DNA of 64,000 nucleotides from a bacterium (GCA_024224155.1 JAAENP010000095.1:66070-130069); one strand, 5' to 3'. Positions 9,910 to 21,551 are shown, numbered from the stretch's first letter. The notes: generated by a model not told the origin, from the sequence alone. Program-made: numbers and translations.

Positions 9910-10768
9910 CGTCTACGCTCCACCGGTAGAGATGATTCACCGGGCCGTGGCGGTCCGGCGCCGCCTTTCCGACATCGAAGGCGGTCGCGATCGCGCCTTG
10001 TAGATACTCGATCGCTCCGGCGACGGCAGCACGCACCGTGTCTCCCCTGGCCAGACGCGCCGCAATCGCCGACGACAGTGTACAACCCGTGCCGTGGGTC
10101 GAACTCGACTGGATTCTCGGGTGCACAAAAGTCTCCGTCGTAGATCCGTCACAGAGAATGTCCTCGATCTCCCTACTCGGGCACCCGGCGCCGTCTTCGG
10201 CGTGCCCTCCCTTCAAGACCACCGCCGGGCCGAGCGCGGCAAGGGCCTTGGCGAGCTCGAGACGGTCCCCGAGCGACGTCGCCGAGCGACCCGCCAAGAC
10301 CTCGGCCTCCGGCAGATTGGGCGTCATCACGGTCGCCAGGGGGATGAGCTCGTCGCGCAGGGCGGCTACCGCGTCGTCGGCCAACAGCGCGTCGCCGCTC
10401 TTGGCGACCATCACCGGGTCGAGCACGATCGGTATCCGCGCCTCCGCGGCTGGGACGTGTCCACGGAGTCCCTCGGCGACCGCGCGCACGATCGCAGCGT
10501 CGGCCAGCATGCCAATCTTGATGGCATCGGCGCCGATGTCGGAAAGCACCGCCTCGATCTGCGCCGAGATCAGCTCGGGTGGAATCGGGTGGACCGCCGT
10601 CACCGCGCGAGTGTTCTGCGCGGTCACCGCGGTCACCACCGACATGCCGTACGCCCCGTGGGCGCAGAAGGTCTTGAGATCGGCCTGGATGCCTGCTCCC
10701 CCGCCGGAGTCGGAGCCCGCAATGGTCAAGACTCGCGGCGGCGTGCGCTGAGGCTTCGGATCGGTCAT
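9902..10768 (-). CDS. thiD: Hydroxymethylpyrimidine/phosphomethylpyrimidine kinase ThiD
   Basis: VLTIAGSDSGGGAGIQADLKTF... is the ThiD signature. The ATG at 10768 overlaps the lgt stop (ATGA). Confidence 0.85.
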   Translation of the reverse strand: MTDPKPQRTPPRVLTIAGSDSGGGAGIQADLKTFCAHGAYGMSVVTAVTAQNTRAVTAVHPIPPELISAQIEAVLSDIGADAIKIGMLADAAIVRAVAEGLRGHVPAAEARIPIVLDPVMVAKSGDALLADDAVAALRDELIPLATVMTPNLPEAEVLAGRSATSLGDRLELAKALAALGPAVVLKGGHAEDGAGCPSREIEDILCDGSTTETFVHPRIQSSSTHGTGCTLSSAIAARLARGDTVRAAVAGAIEYLQGAIATAFDVGKAAPDRHGPVNHLYRWSVDDG

Positions 10769-11586
10769 CGAGGCGCTTCGGTCGCGAGGCGGGCGTCTCT
10801 GCGTCTGAGCACCAGCCACAAGCCTCCCAGAACCAGGATCACAGCGACACTCAGGACCTGCGCTACCGTAAAACCGTCCAAGATCCGGTCGTCCTTGGCT
10901 CGCAAGAACTCGACTCCGAAACGCTCGAGAGCCAGGAGACCAAACGAGATGATGGCCACCCGGCCAACCGGTATGCGCTTCTTGATCAGTGTGATGCCCA
11001 GAACACAGATGATCAGGCCTGCCAAGGTCTCATAGAGCTGAGTTGGATGCACGGCGATCAGCTCGTTGGCCGTGACACCGTCCGAAATCACCGCACCGTA
11101 CTCGCTGCGCATGAAACCCGCTGTGGTCGGCGCGGGCAGACCGTAAGGGAACTTCACTCCCCAGGGAAGGTCCGTGGGAAAACCGTAGTCGTCTCCCACC
11201 AGGAAACAACCCACTCGCCCCACCGCATAGCCAATCGCCACCGTCGGCCCGGCGACATCAGTCACCGGCCAGGCCGCCAGCTTGCGGCGCCGGATCGTCC
11301 AGAGCACGGCCACGGCCCCTCCAATCAAGGCGCCGTACCAAACCAGTCCGGAGCGATCGAAGAGCAGATGCCAGTCGCCGTAGAGAATCGCGTAGTAGAT
11401 CTTGGCACCGCCGATGCCGCCGATGCCGGCGGCCAGGAGCAGGGCGCTGGAGTCTTCCTCGTCGCCCAGCTCGAGCCGGCGAAGCCCCCACCTCAGTACC
11501 GCCCAGGAAGCCAGGAACGCCAGCACCATCATCAGGCCGAACGGGCTGATGGAAAAAGAACCGATGTGGAAGAGCTCGCGAATCAT
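10765..11586 (-). CDS. lgt: Prolipoprotein diacylglyceryl transferase Lgt
   Basis: MIRELFHIGSFSISPFGLMM...Y...GG, a polytopic Lgt family protein. Start trimmed to the ATG at 11586. Confidence 0.85.
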   Translation of the reverse strand: MIRELFHIGSFSISPFGLMMVLAFLASWAVLRWGLRRLELGDEEDSSALLLAAGIGGIGGAKIYYAILYGDWHLLFDRSGLVWYGALIGGAVAVLWTIRRRKLAAWPVTDVAGPTVAIGYAVGRVGCFLVGDDYGFPTDLPWGVKFPYGLPAPTTAGFMRSEYGAVISDGVTANELIAVHPTQLYETLAGLIICVLGITLIKKRIPVGRVAIISFGLLALERFGVEFLRAKDDRILDGFTVAQVLSVAVILVLGGLWLVLRRRDARLATEAPR

Positions 11587-11687
11587 CTGATTTGAGATCG
11601 CGCCGGCCTTGCCGGCGAGCGGAGGCACTTATCGTAACAGGGCTGGCGGGGATGCCCAGCACCCATCCGCCCGGGGTCGACCATCCT

Positions 11688-12395
11688 TCAGACCGGACGG
11701 GCCGCGGCCGAATCGATCACCGCTCGACGCATGAACTCGTCAAAACGCTCCTCGTCCCTGCCCCGAAACCATATGAAGCGGGCCCCTAAACCGCTCACGT
11801 CCTCGATCTCGGGATTGGCCATGCGGACGACCTCGGCGCGCGCCTCGATCGGGTCCGGGTCGTCGGGAAGCTCCATCTTCAAGTCGAGAGTCGAACCCGC
11901 CGGAAACTGCTCCTGCGTTCGAATCAGAAGGCCGGATCGAGAGACGTTGACCGTTTGCGCGATCCGGAGAACCCTGCCGGCGCCCAACTCGACGGCGACC
12001 TTCACCATCACTCGAGCGTGGGGCCGAGGGGCCTTGCGCAGAAACGACGAGAGCGTCGACTCGAAGCCCCCTTCAGGCTGTCCGAGGGTTACCAGATGTA
12101 CGCCCGCCTCCCGAAGCGCCTCCAGATCGAAAATGTCCTCCTGCTCCGCCACGACGACCGTCGTCGGCATCGCCGAGCCAAAGTGCCCGCTGAGTTCATC
12201 CCAGAGAGAAACGGTCTCGTACCCGGGCAGAGGATGGACGAGCACTAGAAGCTCAGGGGCGGACTCGGTGAGCCTCTTGGCCGCCCCCTCCGGGTTCGCG
12301 ATGTGCTCGAAAACCGTGCCCTGAGCCTGCTCGAGAATCGGTTCAAGGGCAGCAAGCCCTTCTTCGCTCGAGACAATCGCGACCTTTTGCTTCAT
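11688..12395 (-). CDS. PilZ domain protein with degenerate receiver-like N-terminal domain
   Basis: C-terminal PilZ motifs RPHAR ... NVSRSGLLI. The N-terminal REC-like fold has the phospho-acceptor position as His (LLVLVHPLPG). Confidence 0.6.
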   Translation of the reverse strand: MKQKVAIVSSEEGLAALEPILEQAQGTVFEHIANPEGAAKRLTESAPELLVLVHPLPGYETVSLWDELSGHFGSAMPTTVVVAEQEDIFDLEALREAGVHLVTLGQPEGGFESTLSSFLRKAPRPHARVMVKVAVELGAGRVLRIAQTVNVSRSGLLIRTQEQFPAGSTLDLKMELPDDPDPIEARAEVVRMANPEIEDVSGLGARFIWFRGRDEERFDEFMRRAVIDSAAARPV

Positions 12396-12596
12396 TCCTG
12401 CCAACCACCCTTCCGGCCCAACGAGCGCGCGGTGCGGTGGATTTTATCCCAGGTGCAGGCCTTCGACCTTTCGCGGGCGCTAATCTCTTTCTTCGACTTC
12501 CAAACACCACCCACCCACGCCAGTCCAGTTCGCAGAACCTCCTCGAGACAACTCGCATATAAGAACCGAACTCGAGAATCAGGTAGGAGAACCAAC

Positions 12597-13046
12597 ATGC
12601 GGCGTCCGATTCTGCTCGCTTCCACTCTCGCCCTAGCCGCCGGCCACCTCTGGGCCGATGAACGAGTCGAGGCGCCACCGGAGCGCGCCTTTTCTGCATT
12701 CGCCAGCGAACCCGATCGGCAGTTCGACTTCTGGATTGGAAAGTGGAGCGTCAACCTGAGGATCCAGCAAGAGGATCTGTCGTTCAGGGATTCGGTTCGG
12801 GCCAGGCTGGAGACCTCCAAAGGACACGAGTTCGTCTTTCTGACCTACACCGGCGAGGACAAGGGTTGGGAGACGAATGTCCTGGACGATCGCCCGGAGA
12901 CGCCACTCGCTCGTTACACGAGCACGGAGGAGTGGACCAAGCTCGAAACGGACGGGGGTAGGCTCGAGTGGTCGATCAACGACGACCGCCTCACCTACAC
13001 GCGGAACGGACGCGAGGTCCGCTTGCATCGGACCGGCTCGCATTAG
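12597..13046 (+). CDS. Secreted hypothetical protein
   Basis: AGGAGAA RBS, then the ATG at 12597. Signal peptide MRRPILLASTLALAAGHLWA. 149 aa, no recognised domain. Confidence 0.5.
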   Translation: MRRPILLASTLALAAGHLWADERVEAPPERAFSAFASEPDRQFDFWIGKWSVNLRIQQEDLSFRDSVRARLETSKGHEFVFLTYTGEDKGWETNVLDDRPETPLARYTSTEEWTKLETDGGRLEWSINDDRLTYTRNGREVRLHRTGSH

Positions 13047-13316
13047 CGCGCCGACGATCCCACATCTCCCCGGCAGAGAGTTCGACGGCTCAGAACCGGC
13101 ACGGTATTCTGACGCGGCTCGACTCGACATCATGGGATTCTCGACCGAAAACCTGGGTGAGCTACAGCGGTTGAATCGCCTGCGCGCGGGTGGTGCCTGC
13201 CGCAACCGCTTCGAGGGATCGGGCTACCCGCGAGTTCTGGTGCCTCTCTTCGAGGCCGAAGTGGCCGCCGACATCGCGAATACGCACGAGTTCAGGGCGC
13301 TTGGAGAAGAAGCCGA

Positions 13317-14474
13317 GTGCCTGTAAGTCGTCTCTCCGGTATAGCCGGAATCGGCGTCGATCGGATGGGCGATCTGGCCGATCGGACAGCCGACCCGGAG
13401 CTCCTGCGCCTGGAGAACCTCGACACCGACCTGCGCCCGCCGCCGGGTGTGGTGGAGGCCACCCGGGCGGCTGCGGAACGAGACGATGCCAATAGCTATC
13501 TCCCGTTTCTCGGGGCCGACGACCTGCGCCAGGCCGCGGCCGACCTGGTATCGAGAAGCGTGGGTGCGGTCTACGAGTGGAGGAAGTCCGTCGTGATCTC
13601 GGCCGGCGGATTGAACGGCATTCTCAACGTCCTTCTGGCGGTTCTCGAGCCGGGCGACGAAGTTGTCCTTACCGACCCGATCTACGTCGGCCTCCTCAAT
13701 CGGGTACGCCTTGCCGGTGGCGTTCCGCGATTGGCTCGCTGCGAGATCCGCGACGGCATCTGGCGCCTGAGTCATTCCAGCCTGGCGTCGGCGGTAACCG
13801 CGCGCACCCGAGCGTTCCTGATGATGAGCCCCGCCATGCCCTCCGGTGCCGTGCTCACTCGAGAGGACTGGGACGCCGTCTGCGCCGCCTGCCGCGATGC
13901 CGGAGCCTGGATGATCTACAACAGCGCCATGGAGCGCATTCTCTTCGACGGGCTCGAGCCGCTGCACCCGGCCTCGCTCGCCGGGATGGTTGATCGGACG
14001 ATCACCGTGGGGACCGTGTCGAAGGAGTACCGAATGATCGGCTGGCGCGTGGGCTGGATCGTCGCTCCCCCGGCGATCGTCAACGACATCGGCTTGGTCA
14101 ACATCTCGAACGTCGTCTGCAACGTCGGTATCGCCCAGCGCGCAGCCGCCGTGGCTCTCCGTGCCCCGGACTCGGATCTCGCGGCCGCCACGACCGCGTG
14201 GCAGGAGCGTCGCGACGTGATTCTCGACGAGCTGACGGGTTATGACGTCGTCAAACCGCTCGGAGGATGGTCGATGCTGATGGATGTCGGCGAGTTCGGG
14301 ATGAGCGCCACCGAGGCCTCCGCCCGCCTCCTGGAAAGAGGCAAGGTCGCGGCCACGCCGATGACCGGCTGGGGCGGAAGCCGAAGCGATCGACTCCTGC
14401 GCCTGGTCTATTCGAACGAGCCGCCCCATCGCCTCAAAGGTCTCACCGCTCGATTCGACGCCGCGCTTCGCTGA
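13317..14474 (+). CDS. PLP-dependent aminotransferase, class I/II
   Basis: Fold-type I aminotransferase motifs (…NLDTDLRPP…, SKEYRMIGWRVGW with the Lys in SK). GTG start. Confidence 0.75.
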   Translation: MPVSRLSGIAGIGVDRMGDLADRTADPELLRLENLDTDLRPPPGVVEATRAAAERDDANSYLPFLGADDLRQAAADLVSRSVGAVYEWRKSVVISAGGLNGILNVLLAVLEPGDEVVLTDPIYVGLLNRVRLAGGVPRLARCEIRDGIWRLSHSSLASAVTARTRAFLMMSPAMPSGAVLTREDWDAVCAACRDAGAWMIYNSAMERILFDGLEPLHPASLAGMVDRTITVGTVSKEYRMIGWRVGWIVAPPAIVNDIGLVNISNVVCNVGIAQRAAAVALRAPDSDLAAATTAWQERRDVILDELTGYDVVKPLGGWSMLMDVGEFGMSATEASARLLERGKVAATPMTGWGGSRSDRLLRLVYSNEPPHRLKGLTARFDAALR

Positions 14475-14498
14475 ACAGCGCTCTAGTAGGATCGCGCA

Positions 14499-15953
14499 AT
14501 GCCCGACCGGCGGAGCGCCCTGGAACCGACTCCCGAGGAGATGCGCGAGATGACTCGCCTCGCGACCGATCGGATCGTCGCTCATATCGAATCGCTACCC
14601 TCGCTGCCGTCGCTAGAGACCGCGGGCGGGCGCGAGCTAGCGGCCTCCCTCGTGGAAGATGCCCCCGAATTCGGGACCTCGCCTCGAGAGCTCCTCGAGC
14701 TGATCTTCGAGCGCGTCACGCCGACGAGCTTCACCAATCCGGGACCGGGGTTCATGGCCTACATCCCAGGCGGTGGGCTCTTCGAATCGGCGCTCGCCGA
14801 TTTCATTGCCGGCGGGATCAACCGCTACGTCACGGTCTGGGCGGCCGCACCGGGCTTGGTCCAGCTGGAGGTCAACGTCATCAATTGGTTCTGTCGGATG
14901 CTCGGCTACGCCGAGTGCGCCGGTGGCTTCCTGTCGAGCGGTGGTTCCCTGGCGAACTTCTCCGCCATCTTCACCGCGCGACGAGAGCGCCTTTCCGAGG
15001 ACTTTCTCGACGGCACGATCTACGTTTCGAACCAGATTCACCACTCGGTCAGGCGAGCGGCGACGCTCGCCGGCTTCCCGACGTCGGCCGTGCGCGACGT
15101 GGCCGTCGACGAGGACCGACGAATCAAGGTCCGCGATCTGGAAGAGCTGATCTCTGCGGATCGCACTAGGGGACGCAAGCCCTTTTTGGTGGTCGGTAGC
15201 GTCGGCACCACCAACACCGGCGCCGTCGACGACCTCGAGGCCCTGGCCGACATCGCCGAGCGGGAACGGCTCTGGCTCCACCTCGACGCGGCCTACGGGG
15301 GTTTCTTCGCCCTGACGGAGCGGGGTCGTCGAAGCATGGCAGGCATCGAACGCGCCGACTCGATTACCCTTGATCCCCACAAGGGGCTCTTTCTGCCCTA
15401 CGGGACCGGCTGCCTGCTGGTCAGGGACGTCGCCACCCTGAGGCGCGCGCACACGGTTCAGGCGGACTACATGCCGCCGATGCAGGACTCGGACGAGCTG
15501 GTGGATTTCTGCGAGATCTCGCCCGAACTGTCTCGTGACTACCGGGGCTTGCGGATATGGCTGCCGCTCAAGATTCACGGCCTGGAGAGCTTCCGGAAAG
15601 CACTGGACGAGAAGCTCGACCTGACGCAGTGGGCCTATGGCGAGCTTCAGACCATCGAGGGCATCGAGATCGTGGCGGCGCCACAGCTGTCGGTGGTCGC
15701 CTTCAGGCTGGCTCCTTCGAACCTCGAAGAGGAGGATCTCGATCGGCTCAATCGCGAGCTCATCCGGCGGATCAACGATCGCAAGCGGGTTTTTCTAACC
15801 GGGACCCTGCTCGACGGCCGCTTCGTCATTCGGATCTGTGTGCTGAGTTTTAGAACCCACCGCGACCGTATGGAGATGTGCCTAGACGATATTCGAAACT
15901 CCGTGAGTGAGCTCCTCGCTGAGAACAAGCTCCCATCCCGATCGATCGGCTGA
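14499..15953 (+). CDS. Group II PLP-dependent amino-acid decarboxylase (aromatic-L-amino-acid / tyrosine decarboxylase-like)
   Basis: ITLDPHKGLFLPYGTGCLLVRD (the PLP-lysine motif DPHK). 484 aa. Confidence 0.8.
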   Translation: MPDRRSALEPTPEEMREMTRLATDRIVAHIESLPSLPSLETAGGRELAASLVEDAPEFGTSPRELLELIFERVTPTSFTNPGPGFMAYIPGGGLFESALADFIAGGINRYVTVWAAAPGLVQLEVNVINWFCRMLGYAECAGGFLSSGGSLANFSAIFTARRERLSEDFLDGTIYVSNQIHHSVRRAATLAGFPTSAVRDVAVDEDRRIKVRDLEELISADRTRGRKPFLVVGSVGTTNTGAVDDLEALADIAERERLWLHLDAAYGGFFALTERGRRSMAGIERADSITLDPHKGLFLPYGTGCLLVRDVATLRRAHTVQADYMPPMQDSDELVDFCEISPELSRDYRGLRIWLPLKIHGLESFRKALDEKLDLTQWAYGELQTIEGIEIVAAPQLSVVAFRLAPSNLEEEDLDRLNRELIRRINDRKRVFLTGTLLDGRFVIRICVLSFRTHRDRMEMCLDDIRNSVSELLAENKLPSRSIG

Positions 15954-15966
15954 ACTAACCCCAACA

Positions 15967-16608
15967 GTGAGCAGAGACCCTGGACGACCACGAACGGGAG
16001 GCGGCCTCCATGTTCGCCCCGCCCTCGCTGGGGACCTGGTCGCGCTCTCGAGCCTGGCGAAGAGCACGTTCCGGGATACCTTCCAGTCACAGAACACCCC
16101 CGAAGACATGGAGAGCTATCTGGCGCGCTCGTTCTCGCCGGCACAGATCCGAACGGAACTCGACGACCCGGCGAACATCTTTCTGCTGGCCTTTGGCGAG
16201 CCTGCCGACAAGCCGATCGGCTACGCCAAGGTCAGATCGGGTGAGCCGAAGCCCTCGGTGAGGGGCTTGCTCTCCGTCGAGCTGGAGCGACTCTACGTAG
16301 ACCGCGAGGTTCTCGGACGCGGCGTTGGCGCGGCTTTGATGAAGGAGTGCCTCGCGGTGGCGGCCAGGAGAGGCAACCAGACCGTATGGCTGGGAGTCTG
16401 GGAGCACAATCCGCGGGCCATCTCGTTCTACGAGCGCTGGGGCTTCGAGGTCGTCGGCACGCACACGTTTCTGCTCGGCTCCGACCCGCAGGTCGACCTC
16501 ATAATGGAGCTAGCGGTAGGGACCGATGACAGCCGGGCAGAGCAGCGCCGATCGAGCTCAGATCCCGCTACCGGTCGTTCAACGACCAGTCATAGTCGAG
16601 GTACTTGA
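15967..16608 (+). CDS. GNAT family N-acetyltransferase
   Basis: Acetyl-CoA binding motif RGVGAALMKECLAVAARRGNQTVWLGV...NPRAISFYERWGF. There is no in-frame ATG, so the probable GTG at 15967 is the start. The ORF is open from 15907. Confidence 0.7.
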   Translation: MSRDPGRPRTGGGLHVRPALAGDLVALSSLAKSTFRDTFQSQNTPEDMESYLARSFSPAQIRTELDDPANIFLLAFGEPADKPIGYAKVRSGEPKPSVRGLLSVELERLYVDREVLGRGVGAALMKECLAVAARRGNQTVWLGVWEHNPRAISFYERWGFEVVGTHTFLLGSDPQVDLIMELAVGTDDSRAEQRRSSSDPATGRSTTSHSRGT

Positions 16609-17368
16609 CCGACGGATCGACGGTGCGGATCTGCTCGGCCAGGTCGTCGGGCAAATGCGCCAGGACCCAGTCCACGATCTCGCTGCGCGCGAAGAACGCA
16701 ACCACCGTGCTACCCCCGGTGAAGTCGCCCGCGTACCACTTGAAGATCGAGGACAGCCACAGCTCTCCACCGGCGAGGCGCAGTCCTTTGGCGCGATCCG
16801 CCAGGAAACCTCGGGTCTGTTCTTCCAGCTGTCGATCCAATTCAACGGCCCGGTAGGGCTCGAACCGCAGGTCCGGACAGCTGGTCGAGGCGCAGACCAC
16901 GGCGAAATGGACTCGCGGGTCGCCTTCGGCGCGCGCCCGCCCCTCGATCTCGTCGAGTGTCAGCTGCTCTCCGGCCACCGGAAAGGTCCGGGTGTCGAAG
17001 AAACCGTCGACATCCTTGACCGATTCGATCTCTGGATACAGCTCGAGCACGTACCTCGCCGTGACGGCGTTGTAGGCGTTGCTCCAGAAGGCGATCCGCT
17101 CCTCGCGCTCGGCCTCGACCGGCCGCGCATCCGCAAGACTGGCGAGATAGGACTCCAAGTCGTCCGGCGCCGCCTTGAGAGCCGCGTAGTCCAGTCCTCC
17201 CGACTCGTGATGATTCTCCAGAACACGCGCCCAGGGCGCGTCCGTCGGCAGTGGGCCCAGCATCGTATCAACGGCCTCCGACGCGGTCTCAGCGGCTCCA
17301 GAGCAGGCCGGGCTCACAATGCCGAGCAGCAAAAGTGCGATGAGAACGTTGCGTCTACTTGCATTCAT
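16568..17368 (-). CDS. DUF547 domain secreted protein
   Basis: Signal peptide, then FAVVCASTSCP ... WYAGDF ... DYDWSLN, diagnostic of DUF547. Confidence 0.8.
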   Translation of the reverse strand: MNASRRNVLIALLLLGIVSPACSGAAETASEAVDTMLGPLPTDAPWARVLENHHESGGLDYAALKAAPDDLESYLASLADARPVEAEREERIAFWSNAYNAVTARYVLELYPEIESVKDVDGFFDTRTFPVAGEQLTLDEIEGRARAEGDPRVHFAVVCASTSCPDLRFEPYRAVELDRQLEEQTRGFLADRAKGLRLAGGELWLSSIFKWYAGDFTGGSTVVAFFARSEIVDWVLAHLPDDLAEQIRTVDPSVKYLDYDWSLNDR

Positions 17369-17493
17369 GTGATCTCCCCCCTGACAACGGTTAGATACGG
17401 AGGGCTATTCCCCGAGGATTACCCGCCCGGTGATTCCAGCTCGAGCCCGAGCGGCGGCCACCGAGGCGAAGAGTTCACCGCTACAATCCTCGG

Positions 17494-18906
<1,413 letters not shown>

Positions 18907-18922
18907 AATCTGGCGCCTAGAC

Positions 18923-19987
18923 ATGCTCAGCGATCTCACTCGCGAGAGGTACGAGCTCTTCGCCAAGATGGTGCGGAGAAGGTCCCAGACCGGCCGCTGG
19001 CTCGTCCTCACGCACGACAACCCGGATCCGGATTCGATCGCCTCCGCGGCCGGTCTGGCCAAGATCCTGCGACGCTCCTTCCGGCGCCAGGTTCGCGTCG
19101 CCTACGGCGGGATCATCGGTCGCGCCGAGAACCAGGAAATGGTCAAGGAGCTCGGCGTGCGGCTCAGCCACATCCGACGGCTGGATGTGCGCAACTACAG
19201 GTACTACGCACTGGTCGACACGCAGCCGGGTACCGGCAACAACCAACTCGATGGCATCACGCCAGACCTGGTTTTTGACCACCATCCAATCCGCAGCGCA
19301 ACGCGGAAGGTTCCGTTCGCCGACATTCGCACCGCCTACGGAGCGACCGCAACGATGATCGCCGAGTACATCGCCGCCAGCGGCTGGGAGCTGACCAAAA
19401 GGGAGGCGACCGCGTTCCTCTACGCTGTGCGCTCGGAAACGCAGGACTTCGGGCGCGAGTTCTCGGCCCCGGACCGTATGCTGTTCGACGAGCTCTTGCA
19501 GCAGGCGGATCTCAGGGCCCTGGCGAGGATCCAGGCCCCCAGGCTCGATCTGTCCTACTACCAGACACTCCACGAGGCGCTCGAGAGCCTACAATCCGTT
19601 GGCACGCTGGTCGTCAGCAACCTCGGCGAGGTGGACAATCCGGATGCAGTCCCTGAGATCGCCGACCTTCTGCTCCGAATGAAGGGCATGACCTGGTCGT
19701 TCTGCACCGGCGTACACGGCGATCGCCTGTATGTGTCTCTGCGGACGACCAATTCGAGAGCCGATGCCGGAAGGCTCATGCGTCGCCTCCTGGGCCGTCG
19801 CGGCAAGGGCGGCGGCCACGGCATGATGGCGGGGGGCTGGATTCAGTGGGCCGGCACCCGGAGCGGAACGGCGGAGGGCCTGCAAACCTACCTCGCTCAG
19901 CGGCTTGCCGGGATCCTCAAGAAGAAGCCGGAACGGCTTTCGCCGATCGCGATGAAGGAGTCGAGCCGCGGCCCGGCGCCCGACTAG
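18923..19987 (+). CDS. nrnA: DHH/DHHA1 phosphoesterase, NrnA-like (nanoRNase / pAp phosphatase)
   Basis: DHH motifs THDNPDPDSIAS, DHHP, and the DHHA1 motif GGGHGMMAGG. Confidence 0.75.
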   Translation: MLSDLTRERYELFAKMVRRRSQTGRWLVLTHDNPDPDSIASAAGLAKILRRSFRRQVRVAYGGIIGRAENQEMVKELGVRLSHIRRLDVRNYRYYALVDTQPGTGNNQLDGITPDLVFDHHPIRSATRKVPFADIRTAYGATATMIAEYIAASGWELTKREATAFLYAVRSETQDFGREFSAPDRMLFDELLQQADLRALARIQAPRLDLSYYQTLHEALESLQSVGTLVVSNLGEVDNPDAVPEIADLLLRMKGMTWSFCTGVHGDRLYVSLRTTNSRADAGRLMRRLLGRRGKGGGHGMMAGGWIQWAGTRSGTAEGLQTYLAQRLAGILKKKPERLSPIAMKESSRGPAPD

Positions 19988-20012
19988 CCAAGCCGCCCGC
20001 CGGCGGTTCCGT

Positions 20013-21551
20013 TTATTCCCACTCGATCGTGGCCGGCGGTTTACTGGTCACGTCATAGACGACGCGGTTCACACCGGGAACTTCGTTCACGATTCGACTG
20101 GCGACCGAGCCCAGGAAATCGTGCGGCAAGGGGCTCCAGTCCGCGGTCATGAAGTCCTGGGTCTCGACCGCTCGAAGCGCTACGACATTCTCATAGGTTC
20201 GGCTGTCACCCATCACTCCCACCGTGTGAACCGGCAGCAGGACCGCGAACGCCTGGCTCACCTTGTTGTAGAGGTCACGTCCACGTAGCTCCTGGATGAA
20301 GATGGCGTCGGCCTCCTGCAGGGTGTTGACCCGCTCGGGCGTGATCCGGCCCAGGATTCGCACTCCCAGCCCGGGTCCTGGGAACGGGTGGCGGCCGATG
20401 AACTCCTCGGCGAGTCCCAGCTCCCTCCCCAACTGTCTGACCTCGTCCTTGAACAGCATACGCAACGGCTCGATGAGCTCGAAACCGAGTTTCTCGGGCA
20501 ATCCGCCGACATTGTGGTGGGTCTTGATGACCGCCGAGGGCCCCTTGACCGACACCGACTCGATGACATCCGGGTAGAGCGTTCCCTGGGCCAGGTATCT
20601 GGCTCCGTCGAGCTTCTCCGCCTCCCTTTCGAACACTTCAATAAAGACACGGCCGATCGTTCGACGCTTCTCTTCGGGTTCACTCACGCCCGCCAGCGCC
20701 TCTAGAAACCGCTCCTTGGCATCGACGACGGTAACCGGGAGCCCCAGACCCGTACCGAGGCTGTTTTCCATGTGCCGGCGCTCGTCTTTGCGCAGCAGAC
20801 CGGTGTCCACGAAGACCGCGCTGAGTCGATCTCCGACCGCACGCTGAAGCAAAACCGCGACCACGGACGAATCGACGCCGCCCGAGATGCCGCAGAGAAC
20901 GCGGCCCTCCGGAGCCTGCCTTCGAATCGTCGCGATGGCCTCCTCCAGATACGAGGCCATGGCCCAGTCTCCGCTCGCACAGCAAATTCGGTACAGGAAG
21001 TTGCGCAGAATCTCGTCGCCCGAGACCGTGTGCGACACCTCGGGGTGAAACTGGATCCCGTAGATGCCGCGCTCGGGGTTCTCCAGGCCCACGACAGGAG
21101 CGCTTTCGCTCGAAGCGATACGCTGAAATCCCTTCGGTACTCCGGTCACCCGGTCGCCGTGGCTCATCCATACGGTTTCGCTGGAAGCCAGGCTGCTGAA
21201 GAGCTCGCTGCCACCGGAGATCGCGACCTCGGCGCGACCGTACTCCCGCTTGCCGGAGGCCTCGACCTTGCCTCCGAGCTGCTGAGCGACTAGCTGAAAG
21301 CCGTAGCAGATGCCCAGAACCGGAACGCCCAGGTTGAAGACACCGGAGTCCAGCTGGGGAGCGTCGTCGTCATAGACCGATTGCGGCCCCCCCGACAGAA
21401 TGATGCCAATCGGCGCGAGCTCGGCGATATCGCCCGCCGCCATGCCGCAGGGATGCACTTCGCAGTACACACGATTCTCGCGCAGGCGCCTGGCGATGAG
21501 CTGCGTGTACTGGCTCCCGAAATCGAGCACCACAACGGTCTCGTGACGAAC
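20013..21551 (-). CDS. guaA: GMP synthase (glutamine-hydrolysing)
   Basis: GATase-1 (VVLDFGSQYTQLIARRLRE...), ATP-PPase SGGVDSSV, and the C-terminus TIEWE. There is no ATG near the conserved N-terminus, so the start is probably a GTG/CTG around 21533-21551. The 230-aa N-extension in the ORF track is an artefact. Confidence 0.85.
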   Translation of the reverse strand, partial: VRHETVVVLDFGSQYTQLIARRLRENRVYCEVHPCGMAAGDIAELAPIGIILSGGPQSVYDDDAPQLDSGVFNLGVPVLGICYGFQLVAQQLGGKVEASGKREYGRAEVAISGGSELFSSLASSETVWMSHGDRVTGVPKGFQRIASSESAPVVGLENPERGIYGIQFHPEVSHTVSGDEILRNFLYRICCASGDWAMASYLEEAIATIRRQAPEGRVLCGISGGVDSSVVAVLLQRAVGDRLSAVFVDTGLLRKDERRHMENSLGTGLGLPVTVVDAKERFLEALAGVSEPEEKRRTIGRVFIEVFEREAEKLDGARYLAQGTLYPDVIESVSVKGPSAVIKTHHNVGGLPEKLGFELIEPLRMLFKDEVRQLGRELGLAEEFIGRHPFPGPGLGVRILGRITPERVNTLQEADAIFIQELRGRDLYNKVSQAFAVLLPVHTVGVMGDSRTYENVVALRAVETQDFMTADWSPLPHDFLGSVASRIVNEVPGVNRVVYDVTSKPPATIEWE

